From Podarcis filfolensis (lineage: Eukaryota), in assembly GCA_964270895.1 (NCBI GenBank), contig OZ185442.1: DNA of 64,000 nucleotides. The stretch is one strand, 5' to 3'. The notes beneath the pieces were generated by a model. The model saw only the letters and a program-made list of their open reading frames with translations, did not search any database and was not told the DNA's origin. How positions within the stretch are numbered: position 1 is the stretch's first letter; each line of letters begins with the position of its first letter. Position numbers and translations under genes: made by a program. This document shows positions 43,360 to 54,946 of this stretch, piece after piece.

Positions 43360-44890
43360 ACTCCCGAGTAAACGTGCGGGGAGGGGGGGTGGCGGTTGGG
43401 CAGCAGTCCGACCTTGCGCACAGTTTTCCCAGCAGCAAGCCCCGGGAAAGTAAGTGCGCCCACTAGGACCACGGCAGCCGTGCAGCGCGCGTTTACCGGG
43501 GCATCCCTCCCCGCTGCTTTTCACGGGGCCCGACCCCCCCGACAGTTTCACGCGAGGTGGGGAGGGAATCCTGGCGGCCCGCCCCGTCCACGCGCCCACC
43601 GCTCGCCCGCCCAGCCCTTGACGCAACCCCGTGGCGGGGGCGGAGAGAAGCTCCGGCGCAGGCGTCCTGCGCGCCTCTATTGTCTCTCCTCCGGCAGCCG
43701 TCAGGAGGGCTGGCTAGCCGGACGGACGGAGGAACAGGCGGGAGGGAGCCCGCCAGCGAGGACACCCCCGCCCCCGACGGAAAGCGGCGCCTGGCCGAGG
43801 AGCGACGGGGACGCCGGCAAGGCCGCGCCGAGGCAGCCCTCGGGCAGGCAGGGCGGCAAGGAGAGCCAAGGGAGGGCCTGCGCTCGCTCGCTCCATGGCT
43901 GGCCGGGGCGCGCCTTGACGGAGCCCGCAGCAGCTGGGGCTGCTGTTCCTCCTGCGAGAGGCCGGCCTCGCCTTCCCCGCGCTTCGCCTGGATGCGGAGC
44001 GGCAGCGCCAGAGGACCCGCGCACAGAGGCCGGGGCCCCAGCGGCGGCGGCGGCGGCGTCTTTCTTCCGTAGGGCGGGCCCCGGAGGCGGGGCAGCGCTG
44101 GCCCTGCTGCCTTGTCGCCGTGGATGAGCCCGGGAGCAGCAGCGGGCCGCCCGGTGGGGCGCGGCGTCGGACGGCGGCTGGGGCTGTTGCTGCTTGCGCT
44201 CGGAGCGAAGGAGGAGCGGCGGCGGCCGGAGCGGCGACGACGGCCGGGAGAGGATGCCCGGCTCCGGGGGCCGCTTTAGCTCCTAGTCCCCGGCGCGGGT
44301 GCCCCTGCTCGACCTCCCCGTCCACGGCGCTGCCGCCGCCGCCGCCAGCGGCATGGGCGGCAAGCAGAGCACGGCGGGCGCAACGGCCACGGGGCGCTCC
44401 CGGGGCGGGCCCTTGGCCGGCGTGTCGAGCGACGACAGCGCGGTGCCGCCGCCCGGGGGAGCCCCCCACTTCGGGCACTACCGGGGCGCGGGCGGCGGCG
44501 GCGGCGGAGGGCCCGCCATGGGCTTGCGCAGCCGCTCCGTCAGCTCCGTGGCCGGCGTGGGCGTAGGGCTGGGCATGGAGCCCGCCGCCGCCGGCAGCGT
44601 CCCCTTCGGCCTCTACACGGCGGCGGCTGCAGCAGGGGCCACCACCACCACGACAGCCGCGGCGGGAGCAGACTCGGAGCGGGGTCCCGGCGGCGGGTCG
44701 GGCGCGGACTCTACCCCTTACGCCCATGGCAACGGTTTCCAGGAGACGGGAGGCGGTCACCACAGAGACGGGATGCTCTACCTGGGGTCCAGGGCCTCGC
44801 TGGCTGATGCGCTGCCTCTGCACATCGGACCCCGGTGGTTCAGCTCGCACAGCGGTGAGTGTGCTTGTCCCCACGGTCTTGTTTCCGGGC
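43360..44890. promoter_or_regulatory. ZNRF1 CpG island (promoter, 5' leader, exon 1)
   Basis: About 1.5 kb of very GC- and CpG-rich sequence with GC boxes, ending just after the exon 1 donor. Confidence 0.9.
44353..44854 (+). CDS. ZNRF1: ZNRF1 coding exon 1 (167 codons + 1 nt; MGGKQS myristoylation motif)
   Basis: Kozak ggcATGG; translates MGGKQST...HHRDGMLYLGSRASLADALPLHIGPRWFSSHS; donor G|gtgagt. Confidence 0.97.
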
Positions 44891-45387
44891 CTCCTTTCAG
44901 ACAGTCATGGGGAACCCCAAGGCTCTTCATAAAAGGAGAAGGGGAAACTGTGCATGAAATACCACCCTGCAACATATCTATAGCATCATTTATTTATTTT
45001 TTGAGGGGGACCCAAATGCATCCTCTTGCCCCAAACCCAAGGCCAGGGTCCCATTAGGTAGGCAGCAAAGATGTAGGCTTATCTGTGGTGAACTTGTCTT
45101 GCGCTTGGAGGTTCTAAGGGTCAAGTTTGCTGACACTTGAAGCCCTTGACTGGAGATTCAGAGTCCTTTGTTTTAAAGAAGGTGAGGGTGGCTGTTGTCC
45201 TTGCTTGGTGGTGGTGAGGGAAAGGTTTACTCTGAGCATGTTTAGAAGCATGCCTGTGCTCAAGGCCTGGCAAGTAGGTTTCATTTGTTTATATAATTTA
45301 TGAAAGTACTTATAAATGGTATGTAGAATATCAATGCAGCATACAACCACATTTACAAGTCCCAAAAAGCATTAAATACAATATACA

Positions 45388-45946
45388 ACCATAGAATGGT
45401 AAGGGATCCAAAGGGTCATCCAGTCCAATTTCCTGTAATGCAGGAATCACAGCTCAAGAATCCCTGACAGATAGCCATTCAACCTATCTTTAAAAACCTC
45501 CAATGAAGGAGATTCCCATCAGCTTCCAAGGGAGTCTGTTCCATTGTTGATCATGAGAAAGTTATTTCTAATGTTTAGTCAGAATCTCCTTCCTGGTTAT
45601 TTAAATCAGTTGGTTTGGGTCCCTGCTTTCTGAAGCAGCAGAAAACAAGCTTGCTTTGTCTTCCACGTGACAGCTTTTCAGATATTTGAAGATGGCTTTC
45701 AGATCACCTCTCCGATCTTCTCTTCTCCAGACTAAACATGCCCAACTCCCTCAACTCCCTCACAACCACTCATAAGGCTCGGTTTCCAGGCCATTAAAAA
45801 TCCTGGTCACCCTACTCTGTACATGTTCTAGCTTGGCAATATTCTTCTTAAACTGTGGTGCCCAGAACTGGAGACAGAACTCCAGGTGAGGTCTAACCAA
45901 GGCAGAATAGAGCCGTACTGTTACAGTACTTCCCTTGACACACTAT
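45388..45946 (-). mobile_element. CR1 LINE 3' fragment with terminus
   Basis: ccatagaatggtaagggatccaaagggtcatccagtccaa terminus plus RT C-terminal sequence. Confidence 0.85.
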
Positions 45947-46065
45947 AGGTTCATAAAATGACTGGCTCATCTTTGAAAAGTTTATATCAGCAAATAAGCC
46001 TTTTGACAGGAGCAGCAGTGATTTGGGGTCAGTTTGTGCCCAGGCAGCACTTTGGAGTGCCCACC

Positions 46066-46106
46066 TGTTTGTTTGTTTGTTTGTTTGTTTGTTTGTTTGT
46101 TTGTTT
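46066..46106. repeat. (TGTT)10 microsatellite
   Basis: Perfect tetranucleotide run. Confidence 0.95.
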
Positions 46107-48393
46107 CTGTTTAGGGTTGGGGTGGGGCCTGCTTTAGACATACAAGGAGATGCACCACTATTTAAGTGGTGTTTCTTTCCTTTCCCCCCATAGGAGCCCA
46201 GGGAAGCTAATAAAAACTGTACAAATAGAATTGTCAAACAATAATTTAACCCCAACTATAGAATAACAGTAACGCTTCAACTGTTGAACTCCACTCCAGC
46301 TATTGTTGAATTGACACTGTGACTTGCCTGGTGTAGCAGCTGAGGAAGTGATTACTGGGGTGTGGAGAGACTAAGGTAACGACCTGTCCTTTCTTACGGA
46401 TGGCTGGCTATGGCAGTTTTGCAAGTATGGTCTGAGGCTTTGGCACATCACCTATCAATGCAAAAGAAAGCTGCCCAACAGACCGTGTTATTATTTATTA
46501 AATTTATATACTGCCCTTCAAAGATCTCAGGGCAGTTCACAAGATAAAAATGGTAGTTCTCTTGATTAATGGACAGTATTTTTCTTTTCCTCTTGGGAAA
46601 AGAGCAGGCTTTCATTGTATTCTCCCCCACTCCACCTCTCCCTCTGTTTTGGATTAAAGCTAGAAGGGGAATGTAGTAACTTGCTTTCTCACCAATATAA
46701 GAAATGATTTGCAGCTTGTGGGCTCCCTTTGGGCATCTTGATGACCCATTATGTGCAGAATACTGGACTTAAATGGGCCTTTGGTCTAATCCAACAGATT
46801 TTTTGTGGAGCATGTTAACTTAGGGCTGTGTTTAATTGGAACAGATTTTAGAGTTGCAGGAATGTATGGCCTCTGTAAGCTGTTAAGAAGTTATGGTAGG
46901 TAATTGAGGGTGATTTTAGTTTTCAAATCTCACTCTTTGTTCCTTACCAAATTACCTGAGCCTGGGCACTTGTGGTTAGTATGCAAGACACAGAGAATGA
47001 AGATAAGATCTGTGGGGCCTTGGAAAGTGGTATTTGGGCCTACTGCCCTCAGAGGTGTGTAGAACACATATTTGATAACTCATCTGGTAGAATTCTAGAT
47101 AGGTGAGCACCCCAAACAACTGGGGAGGCACCAGGTTAGCGAAGGCCATTTTAAGGGGAAGCTGAGAAAAGAAATTATCTGGGATGGAGAGTACAGAGAT
47201 TTACAGTCCTGTCTTCTACATGTGAACTTGGAGGCAAGTCCTGGTAGGTTCCATGGGGTAAACTCTGATGTGTGTGTTCATAGTTTCCCTTCCACTGTGC
47301 TGCAGGGAACAAGTGATGTAAAGATGAAGCAGTGCCTCCTAGCAAGGCAATTTGCAACCAGGTTCTGTCAGGAAGTGGAGGAAGTCCCTTTCATCTTGCG
47401 AGATATTTTAGTCATCTATCTGTTGCCTGCCTAATTGATTAAAATATCAATTAGGCTAAATGATACAAGCAAATCTGATGAGTCCTGGTGCTTTCCAAGC
47501 TCATCTTCTTCCCTGTTAAATATATTTGCTACTTTGTTTTGCTTTGTCACCCTTGCCAATCAAATTCCTTCATAGTTAATGTAGTTCCTCTCCAAACCTT
47601 ATGACCTGTCTTGTTTAAGAGCAGCAATGCTATATTTCTGTTTTTACAAAAGAAGAGCTCCATGTAACTGAGAAGCTTTACCATTTCTAATATTGCTCCA
47701 TTCGTGGTGTCTCAGTTGGTCTGTGTGTTTTGCACCTCTGCAAGAGCAGTATGGCTACCAAGACATGCACAGAACCAACATATTATACTGCCAGTACAGA
47801 TTTGTGGTTAGTTGATGCTAATTTTCTGTGGACCAGCTGGCACAGACAAATCATGTATTGTTTGGAAAATAATTGCCTGGACCAAGTGGAGTGCATAGAT
47901 TGTTTACAGCCACGATGTCGTCTTCACAGAGTGCAGCTCAGAGAGAAATTATTTAAAACCCATGTATTCTGTGTCCAGATAATTAGGTTAATCTTCCAAT
48001 TAATGCTTTCCATCACCTTGATATTTCCCTGAACAGCAGGGGGCTTTTCTGCTTGGCTGTATCTGTGTTGCAATATTCTTGATACCCTATTGCTGGAGGG
48101 GGAAGCTTTTCTTCCAAGGGGGGAGGGGGAGCGGGAGCACTGTGAAGGTCACAGCGCACGGGACTCATCTCCACCTCACTGGCTGCCTTTACATCTCTGA
48201 CAGAAGATATCTGTGTTCATGGCTGTAAGTTCTTGGATAAAAAGCAGTGGACAGCTCCCACAAAACCTTAGTTCCTTTGCAATGTAATTGCAGCATTGCC
48301 TTGTGTAGCATTCAGAAGGCTGGCTCTTGAATTCACTTATAACCGCCCTGGGTATTTATTTTATTTTATTAATTTACTCTGGAAAACTCATGA

Positions 48394-48576
48394 AAAGCTG
48401 CCTTACATCAGCTCAGACAGACTGGTGATCCATCAGTATTGGCGACACTGACTGGTAGCAGCTCTCCAGGGTTTCAGATGGGGAACATGCATTCCCAGTC
48501 CTACCTGCTGATGCTACAGATTGAAGCTGGGACCTTTCATGTGCAAAGCGGATGGTCTACCTCTGAGCTACAGCTC
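48394..48576 (-). mobile_element. tRNA-head SINE (Squam2-like)
   Basis: Reverse complement begins gagctgtagctcagaggtaga... and ends taaggcagcttt. Confidence 0.7.
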
Positions 48577-49078
48577 TTCCCCGTTTACTGAAGGTGGCAT
48601 GCCTGGGTTCCCCAGGGTTTCCCATCTAGGTGCTGACCAGCCCCAGACCAGTTTGGCTTCAGCAAGGCTGCTGCATCAAGCTCCTGAAAGCCTGAGTTAG
48701 TTACTACTACTTGATTCTTTGCCTGGGAGACCAAGTCCCAGTCCCCCATTTCAAGCATCTTTATCAGTCACTTTGGTGGACTCCCCAAACTCAGCCTTGC
48801 CAATAAACTGACAAAGGAGAACAGCCCACAAACTAGTAGTTCACCTGCCTGCACATGCCCAAGTTTAGTCACTTGTGACCTAAAAGACAGGTGGAGGGCC
48901 CGGCGTTTCCAGGGAAGTGTGTTGCTTACTACAGGTTTCCAGGCAAGTGGCTATTTATAAGCCAAACAGCTGGTAGCCCCTCCCTGAAAGGAGGCTTCAT
49001 TGCTAAAATGGAACTTGCAGAGAGCTGGGTTCAAGCAACTTTTCAAGGGTGGTTTCTCTTGCTCAATTGCCCTCCTTA

Positions 49079-49285
49079 AACATAAGAACATAAGAAGAGA
49101 CTGCTGGATCAGACCAAAGGGGGCCCATGTGGTCTTGCATCCTGTTTGTGCTGTGGTCAGCAAGACGCCTATAGGAAACCCATAAGCAGGACCCCAGTAC
49201 AAGAGCCCCTCTCTTTCAGTTTCCAGCATCTGGTATTCAGAAGCATTGCTGCCTCCTGCTGGGTAGGGACAGCATAGCCCATCTC
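49079..49285 (-). mobile_element. CR1/L3-type 3' fragment
   Basis: aacataagaacataagaagag..ctgctggatcagaccaaagg terminus. Confidence 0.75.
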
Positions 49286-51270
49286 GGCTTTTGGCTTGCC
49301 TTTTGCAAGGGCTTAGTCTCAGTGTTTGGGGCTAAGTCCTCAATCTAGCACTTTTCTTATGAAAAAAGTCACTTGACAATTGTTGACTGTCTCTAGGTGG
49401 GGCTTCCTTGAGCAGCTGTTAGAGCTGGGTCAACATCTGTTTGCTCAGAGCCAACTAACCTTTTCTTTGGATGTCTGTGGCAGCAGAAATGGGGCAGAGG
49501 TGAACATCTAGCTAATAAGACAGCAGACCTCCAAAAATGCAGCGTTCCTGTTTTTTAATTAGTCACAGTAGGCGTTGTAGTGGATCCATATGGGTGAAGG
49601 TTGTCAGACAAGTGGTTATGGCCATTTCTTCCCAGTGAGTAGTATGACAAGGGAAGTCTCTCTCTCTTTTTTTTAAAGAAAAAGATCAGTCTGCACACAC
49701 AAACACTAATTATCTGACCTGTTGAGCCAGTGTGTTTGAGGCATACCATTTACCATGGTATGCAACGGAAGTTGGGTCAACCTTGGCTTCAGGGCTTCAT
49801 CCTGTGAGCTTAGTCACACAATTGATAGAGGAGATGGTGCTTTTGAGCCATGTGGAGAGTGTGTTTTCCTCACCACTAAGTACCATAAAATGGTGGATTT
49901 GGAAGGGACCCCCAAGGGCCATTTAGTCCAATTCCCTGCAGTGCAGGAATGAAGCAACCACAGCTTGACCTCTTGCATCTAGGAGTGGAGGTGGGGAGCT
50001 GCTAGCACCACCTCCAAGAGAGATGCCTTGCTTCCATGCAGGTTCCTTGCACAGAGATATAGCAAGGCCTGAGCTTCCACTGTAACTGAAAGCTTATGGG
50101 TGTAGAGCAGTGTCGCTCCAGATCCTAGCATTGCTCTGATGGAAGCTCTGCTTACCTTGCATTGGAGGTTTGAGTGCACAAAACCAGTTGTAGACCCGCA
50201 AGTGCCTTGTGATCACCATTGAGGCAGTCCCGTTTGGTGGTTCCTTGTGCTGAGCTGTTGGACAAGTGGAAGCAACACTTGCCAACCTAGCCTTCTGCAG
50301 TGTGTCCCTGTGGTGTACTGGGGATTGCTTTACAGTACAAGAAACCGCATATGCACACTAGTGAGCCATAAATAGGTCTTTTAAAAAAGAACTTGTATGG
50401 AGTCTTCTCTCGAGCAAGACCTTCCACCAGCCTTCGCCAACCCGCCGCCATCCAACTGTTCTGCACCACAATTCCCATCATCCCCAGTCAGCACAGCAAA
50501 TGCTGGAGCGCACAGGCAGAGAATAACTTCCCTGGACTTGCAGTGGCTCTTCTCAGCCTTTCACAAAGTTGGAAACAGCCCTTCTGTGAGTAGAAGAGGC
50601 TCTCTTGGTTAATGGAAGGGCACCTTTGGATCCAAGCTGTTATCTTTGTTTAAAAATGTATTCTTATTGTGTAACTACCAAGGCTGGTGGTGTTATTGGA
50701 GATGTGAATGGATATGGGTCTCGGGAGAGAGGGTTGGCCTTGGGTCTGGATGTGAAAAGGGCACTGTTATTATTGTTTATAGTTACCACTGTTTATGTAC
50801 AGTGTGCCAACTTCCTTATAGATTCAGGGCATGATCTGAAGACCCGTGATGCAGCAACTGTAGGCCAGGTCTGGTCAGCTTCTGGGATGGGTGATTGCTT
50901 GGAAACAGTGGTGGATTTTGGGCTCTCAAATTCCAGTGTCACCCTGGGTGCTGCTAAAATTCAGCATCCCCCACGTCTAGTGGTCCATTCTACAGCATTG
51001 TTTTGGCACCCTCTGCAGCATGGTGCTCTACCCTATAATTCCCTCTGCTAGAAAACCCTTGGATAGTTTGCCTTGAGTTCTATAGAAGAAAGGAAGGAGG
51101 TAAAAAGCTTCCTGATAGGTATTTAGAGAATGGATTCGGTTGCTGGTGCATAATCAAGTTATAGATTTCATCAAGATAATGTGCAGAATTCTAACTTTAT
51201 ATGGGGTGTCCAACCTCTCAGCTACACACACACAGCCAGCCATCAAAAGCACATTTGCTGAAGAGTGTTA

Positions 51271-51496
51271 AGCTGGTGTAGCATAGTGCTGGAGTGTTTG
51301 ACTAGGCCCTGGGTTCAAATCCCCATTCAACTGTGAAGCTCACTGGGTGACCTTGGACCAGTCACTGTCTCATAGCCTAACCTACCTACCAGGGTTGTTG
51401 GGATGGGGTGGGGGTGGAGGAACGAAGGCATGCCAGTTTGAGCTCCTTGGAGGAAAGGTGGGATAGAAATCAGATGGATGGATAAATAAATATAAA
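51271..51496 (+). mobile_element. Older Squam3-like SINE
   Basis: B-box gggttcaaatcccc, gctcactgggtgaccttgg core, aggaaaggtgggata...taaataaa tail. Confidence 0.75.
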
Positions 51497-52559
51497 GGCT
51501 TTGTGAACTAGATGTGAAACATGGGTATACCACTGGCATAGCTGTGCATTTCCTTGCTTGGAAGAAGGGGTTGCATGTGGAGCAGGAGGCAGCAGGAGTG
51601 TCCTTGGCAGAAAAAGAAAGGAGACAGGAGTCGTCTACTTTCACATAGCAAGGCCGTTTCTGGGGTTTCTGTTTTCAGCATCTGTGCTCTGCAGGAAGCA
51701 GCGGCTTGTGTGTGCGGCTTAATACTTCCTATGGGAAAGGAAATGAACAGCCTGCCAAGAGAAGCTGCAAGCTGATCATTACCTGTTTGTTGTGAACTCA
51801 TTGGCTGCACCTGGTGTGCCAGATACCACCGTTTCTGAAAATTGCCTCATTTAGAGAGTCACAACCCTCATCTTAAGACGGGGCTCTTCCTATGAAGCAA
51901 GGCTGGGGAACCTCAGGCCCTCCAGATGGGACTCACATCATTTCTGGCCAAGGACTCTTCAGGCTGAAGGTAGACATAATATGGAAGGGGGACATGACTC
52001 CTGCAGTGAAAGCCCAGCTTTGCTATGTGTGGGACAATACATTCATTTTGTCACGCCTAATGGCAATCTTGCTACACTTCTCCCCAATCTTCAGGTGGGC
52101 TGCTTGCCTTGCAGAAAGCAACATGCTCATACAAAAAGCTGTATTTTTCCACTTTTATGAAGTACACATTCATTTTTAAACACAAATATCTGGCAACGGA
52201 GAGGCCTTGGTATCATGAGTGGTAGCTGTTGAAGTGGTTTTGGCAGCAGCTCACCTTTGCTGCAAACCTTCAGGAAGTTTGTTCAGCTTCTGCCCTGGAG
52301 AGGGCAAGTTGCATTTGGGCAGAATACGGCATCATGCGTGTCTCCAAACAGGCACCGCTGCTTTGCAAATGATGCATCTTTCTAAGGTAATGTTGAACCA
52401 AGATTCAAGACTGCTGCCTGGTTCCATCCAAATGTACAGCTTTCGGTTTGAATGTACAGCTGTAAAACATTTAGGCCCGAACCCTGCATGGGCTGAGTAC
52501 AGCACATCATCAATCAAATGAGCACATTGGGAGACCCCTCACAGAGATACAATTCGCAG

Positions 52560-53080
52560 AGTAGTTTAACAATCAATCCCTCTTTCAGGAAACTCCGGGA
52601 ATTGTAGTTCTGTGCAGCAAATGGGGTCTCCTAACAACTCTCAGCGCCCTTAACAAACTACAGTTCCCAGAATTCTTGGGGGGAAGCCATGACTGTTTAA
52701 AGTGGTATTAAAGGTAAAGGTAAAGGACCCCTGACAGTTAAGTCCAGTCGCGAACGACTCTGGGGTTGCGGCGCTCATCTCGCTTTAAAGGCTGAGTGAG
52801 CTGGCGTTTGTCCGCTCCACAGACAGTTGTTCCGGGTCATCTGGCCAGCATGACTAAGCCGCTTCTGGCACAACGGAACACCGACACCAGAGCAGCGCAC
52901 CTTCCCGCCGAAGCAGTACCTATTTATCTACTTGCACTTTTTGGGGTGCTTTCGAACTGCTAGGTTAGCAGGAGCAGGGACCGAGCAACGGGAGCTCACC
53001 CCGTCGTGGGGAATCGAAATGCCGACCTCCTGATCGGCAAGCCTGAGAGGCTCAGCGGTTTAGAGGTGTGGATGTGGCCT
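52560..53080. mobile_element. MITE of a related family interrupted by the Sauria SINE
   Basis: aactacagttcccagaattcttggggggaagccatgactgtttaaagtggtat | SINE | ggtgtggatgtggcc; a second uninterrupted right end lies at about 53265-53407. Confidence 0.65.
52709..53064 (-). mobile_element. Sauria SINE (Squam1/POM type), slightly 5'-truncated
   Basis: (AAAGGT)n tail followed by gacccctgacagttaagtccagtc; tRNA-like B-box at the other end; matches the recalled family pattern. Confidence 0.85.
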
Positions 53081-53982
53081 TGTCTTTTCTTGGCCATGTG
53101 CCTTTCCTACTGTGCATTTTGTGAGTTGGCAATTTTTACTGTTCTTCCCCCTCTGCGCAATTGGTGTTACTACAGTTTTGGTTGTATTGGGTGTATTTTA
53201 TTTTTTACCTCAGCAATTTCCTCCTTAGTTTGCCCTGTGTGTGTGCTTTTGTGTTCCTTTTGAAGAGGGATGGATTGTTAAACCATTCTGAGAACTGAGC
53301 AATTATCAATGCCTTTAACAAACTACACCTCCCATAATTCTTTGAGGGACGCCATAACAGTTTAAAGTGATACGGCAGTCCTGTAAATATGTGGTGCAAA
53401 TATGGCCTGGATGCCTTTCAGTTCTTGTGGAGCAGCTCCTTGGACCTTTTTTCAGCAGGTGGCAGCTGAGCAGATGCCATTTTATTCTTGTCTCAAGAAT
53501 GAGAGTTCTGTAAGTAGTTGATGCATTTGCAGCAGCTGGGAGATTCTACCCACTAGGCGAATTTGAAACCTTAATGGTGCACAGAGGGATTTCTCGGGAG
53601 TGTTTGAAAGGAATGAGAAGCAAAATGTATAAGAGAGCTTCCTGAGTACAATTGTGGCAGTGGTGGCCTTTCTGCCACATCACTGCTGGCTGAACATTTC
53701 CTCCATGAGAGGAGAAATATCCCCTGACTCTCTAGAAGCATTTATTTATTTTGGAGATAAAGATTCTGCATCTTCTTTTTCCTTGGCCATCAAGCCACTG
53801 CTTTGAACCTTTTAACAAGGTTGAACCAACCATTCTTCGCCCACCACAAAATGCCAACAACCTTGCAGGTGCATTTCTCAATGTTATTGAGCACCAGCCA
53901 GACATGCCCTTCATTTGCTTACCTTTCTTTCCCCTCCCTTCCCTGGTGTGATACTGCTTCCTGCAAACACATTGTACTGGCA

Positions 53983-54198
53983 GAACCAGTGTGGCATAGT
54001 AGTTAGAGTGTTGGACTAGGACCCAGGAGACTAGAGTTCAAATCCCCACTCAGCCATGACTTTGCGCCTGTCCCTATCCCCTAAGCCTGACCTTCCTCAC
54101 AAGGTTGTTGTGAAGATAAAGGGAAGGGGGGAGAATTATGTACAACCACCTTGAGGTCCTTGGAGGAAAGGTGAGATTAAAATGTAATAATAAATAAA
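53983..54198 (+). mobile_element. Older Squam3-like SINE
   Basis: ccagtgtggcatagtagttagagtg A-box, gagttcaaatcccc B-box, L2-like tail. Confidence 0.75.
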
Positions 54199-54946
54199 GC
54201 ATAGACCCCTTTTTAAATTCTTTTAATGTAATTTTATTATTGTGAGCTTCCCTAGCTGCTTACTTCATAGAGAAAGAGTACCATAAGTTGTCAGTTTGAA
54301 ATAGATAAAGCAATTTCATGTTTGGCTTGTTTCTGTGTGCTGCTAGAGTGGTTTAGAGCAGCAGGCCTCAGGTTGCCTATAATGGACAGCTTTGGCTGCT
54401 TGGTTTAGCACCTGGAGGCTGGGAAGTCAGCCACTTAGGGACCTACAAAATACAGGTCACTTCCTGTCTGCATTGCTGTGCTGTTGTAAACACATGTGCT
54501 GGTTGGCCAACCCTAATTCCACACTGAACTGTGGTCACAACTTGCATTGCAGTTTTGAGGGCAAGTGTAGGTAATGCAAAGTGCATGAATGGATCTGCTA
54601 TGGCCAGTGTGTATGTATCAGATGACATTGGATCACTTTTGCGCACTAAGGAGGGCCTTTACAAAAAATCCATGCTTAAGATTCCAGTTTAGCACTGAAG
54701 ATTTCCATGGAGAAGTAAATTATATGCCTGCTCGCATAACACAGCTGATCCCTGCTGTTCTGGCTATTTTTGGAGGTGTGATCCTCTCCACACAGAGGCA
54801 GGGGTCCATGCAGGTTTGGCTTGGTTTGGAAGTAAGGAGGAGCGGAGAAGTTCTGGGAAAGATGTGGGCATCACCACTGCTGTGTTCCTGAGTCAAGGGG
54901 ACCCACCTTGCTTAGTGCTTAGAGTGCAAGGTATCCTAACATATTG

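Noticed and set aside
44299-44352. In-frame GTG-initiated N-terminal extension of ZNRF1
   Set aside because: Weak context (C at -3); the ATG at 44353 has a good Kozak context and gives the myristoylatable Gly2
43354-44874. Long ORFs of 90-386 aa on both strands over the CpG island (e.g. 43396-44127, 43714-44874, 44120-44566)
   Set aside because: Stop-poor GC-rich sequence and antisense or off-frame shadows of ZNRF1 exon 1; low-complexity Ala/Arg/Gly/Pro content with no domain
8451-45946. Two CR1 copies apparently truncated at the same point
   Set aside because: On closer reading the 45-kb copy extends about 35 bp further; similar lengths are expected for 5'-truncated CR1
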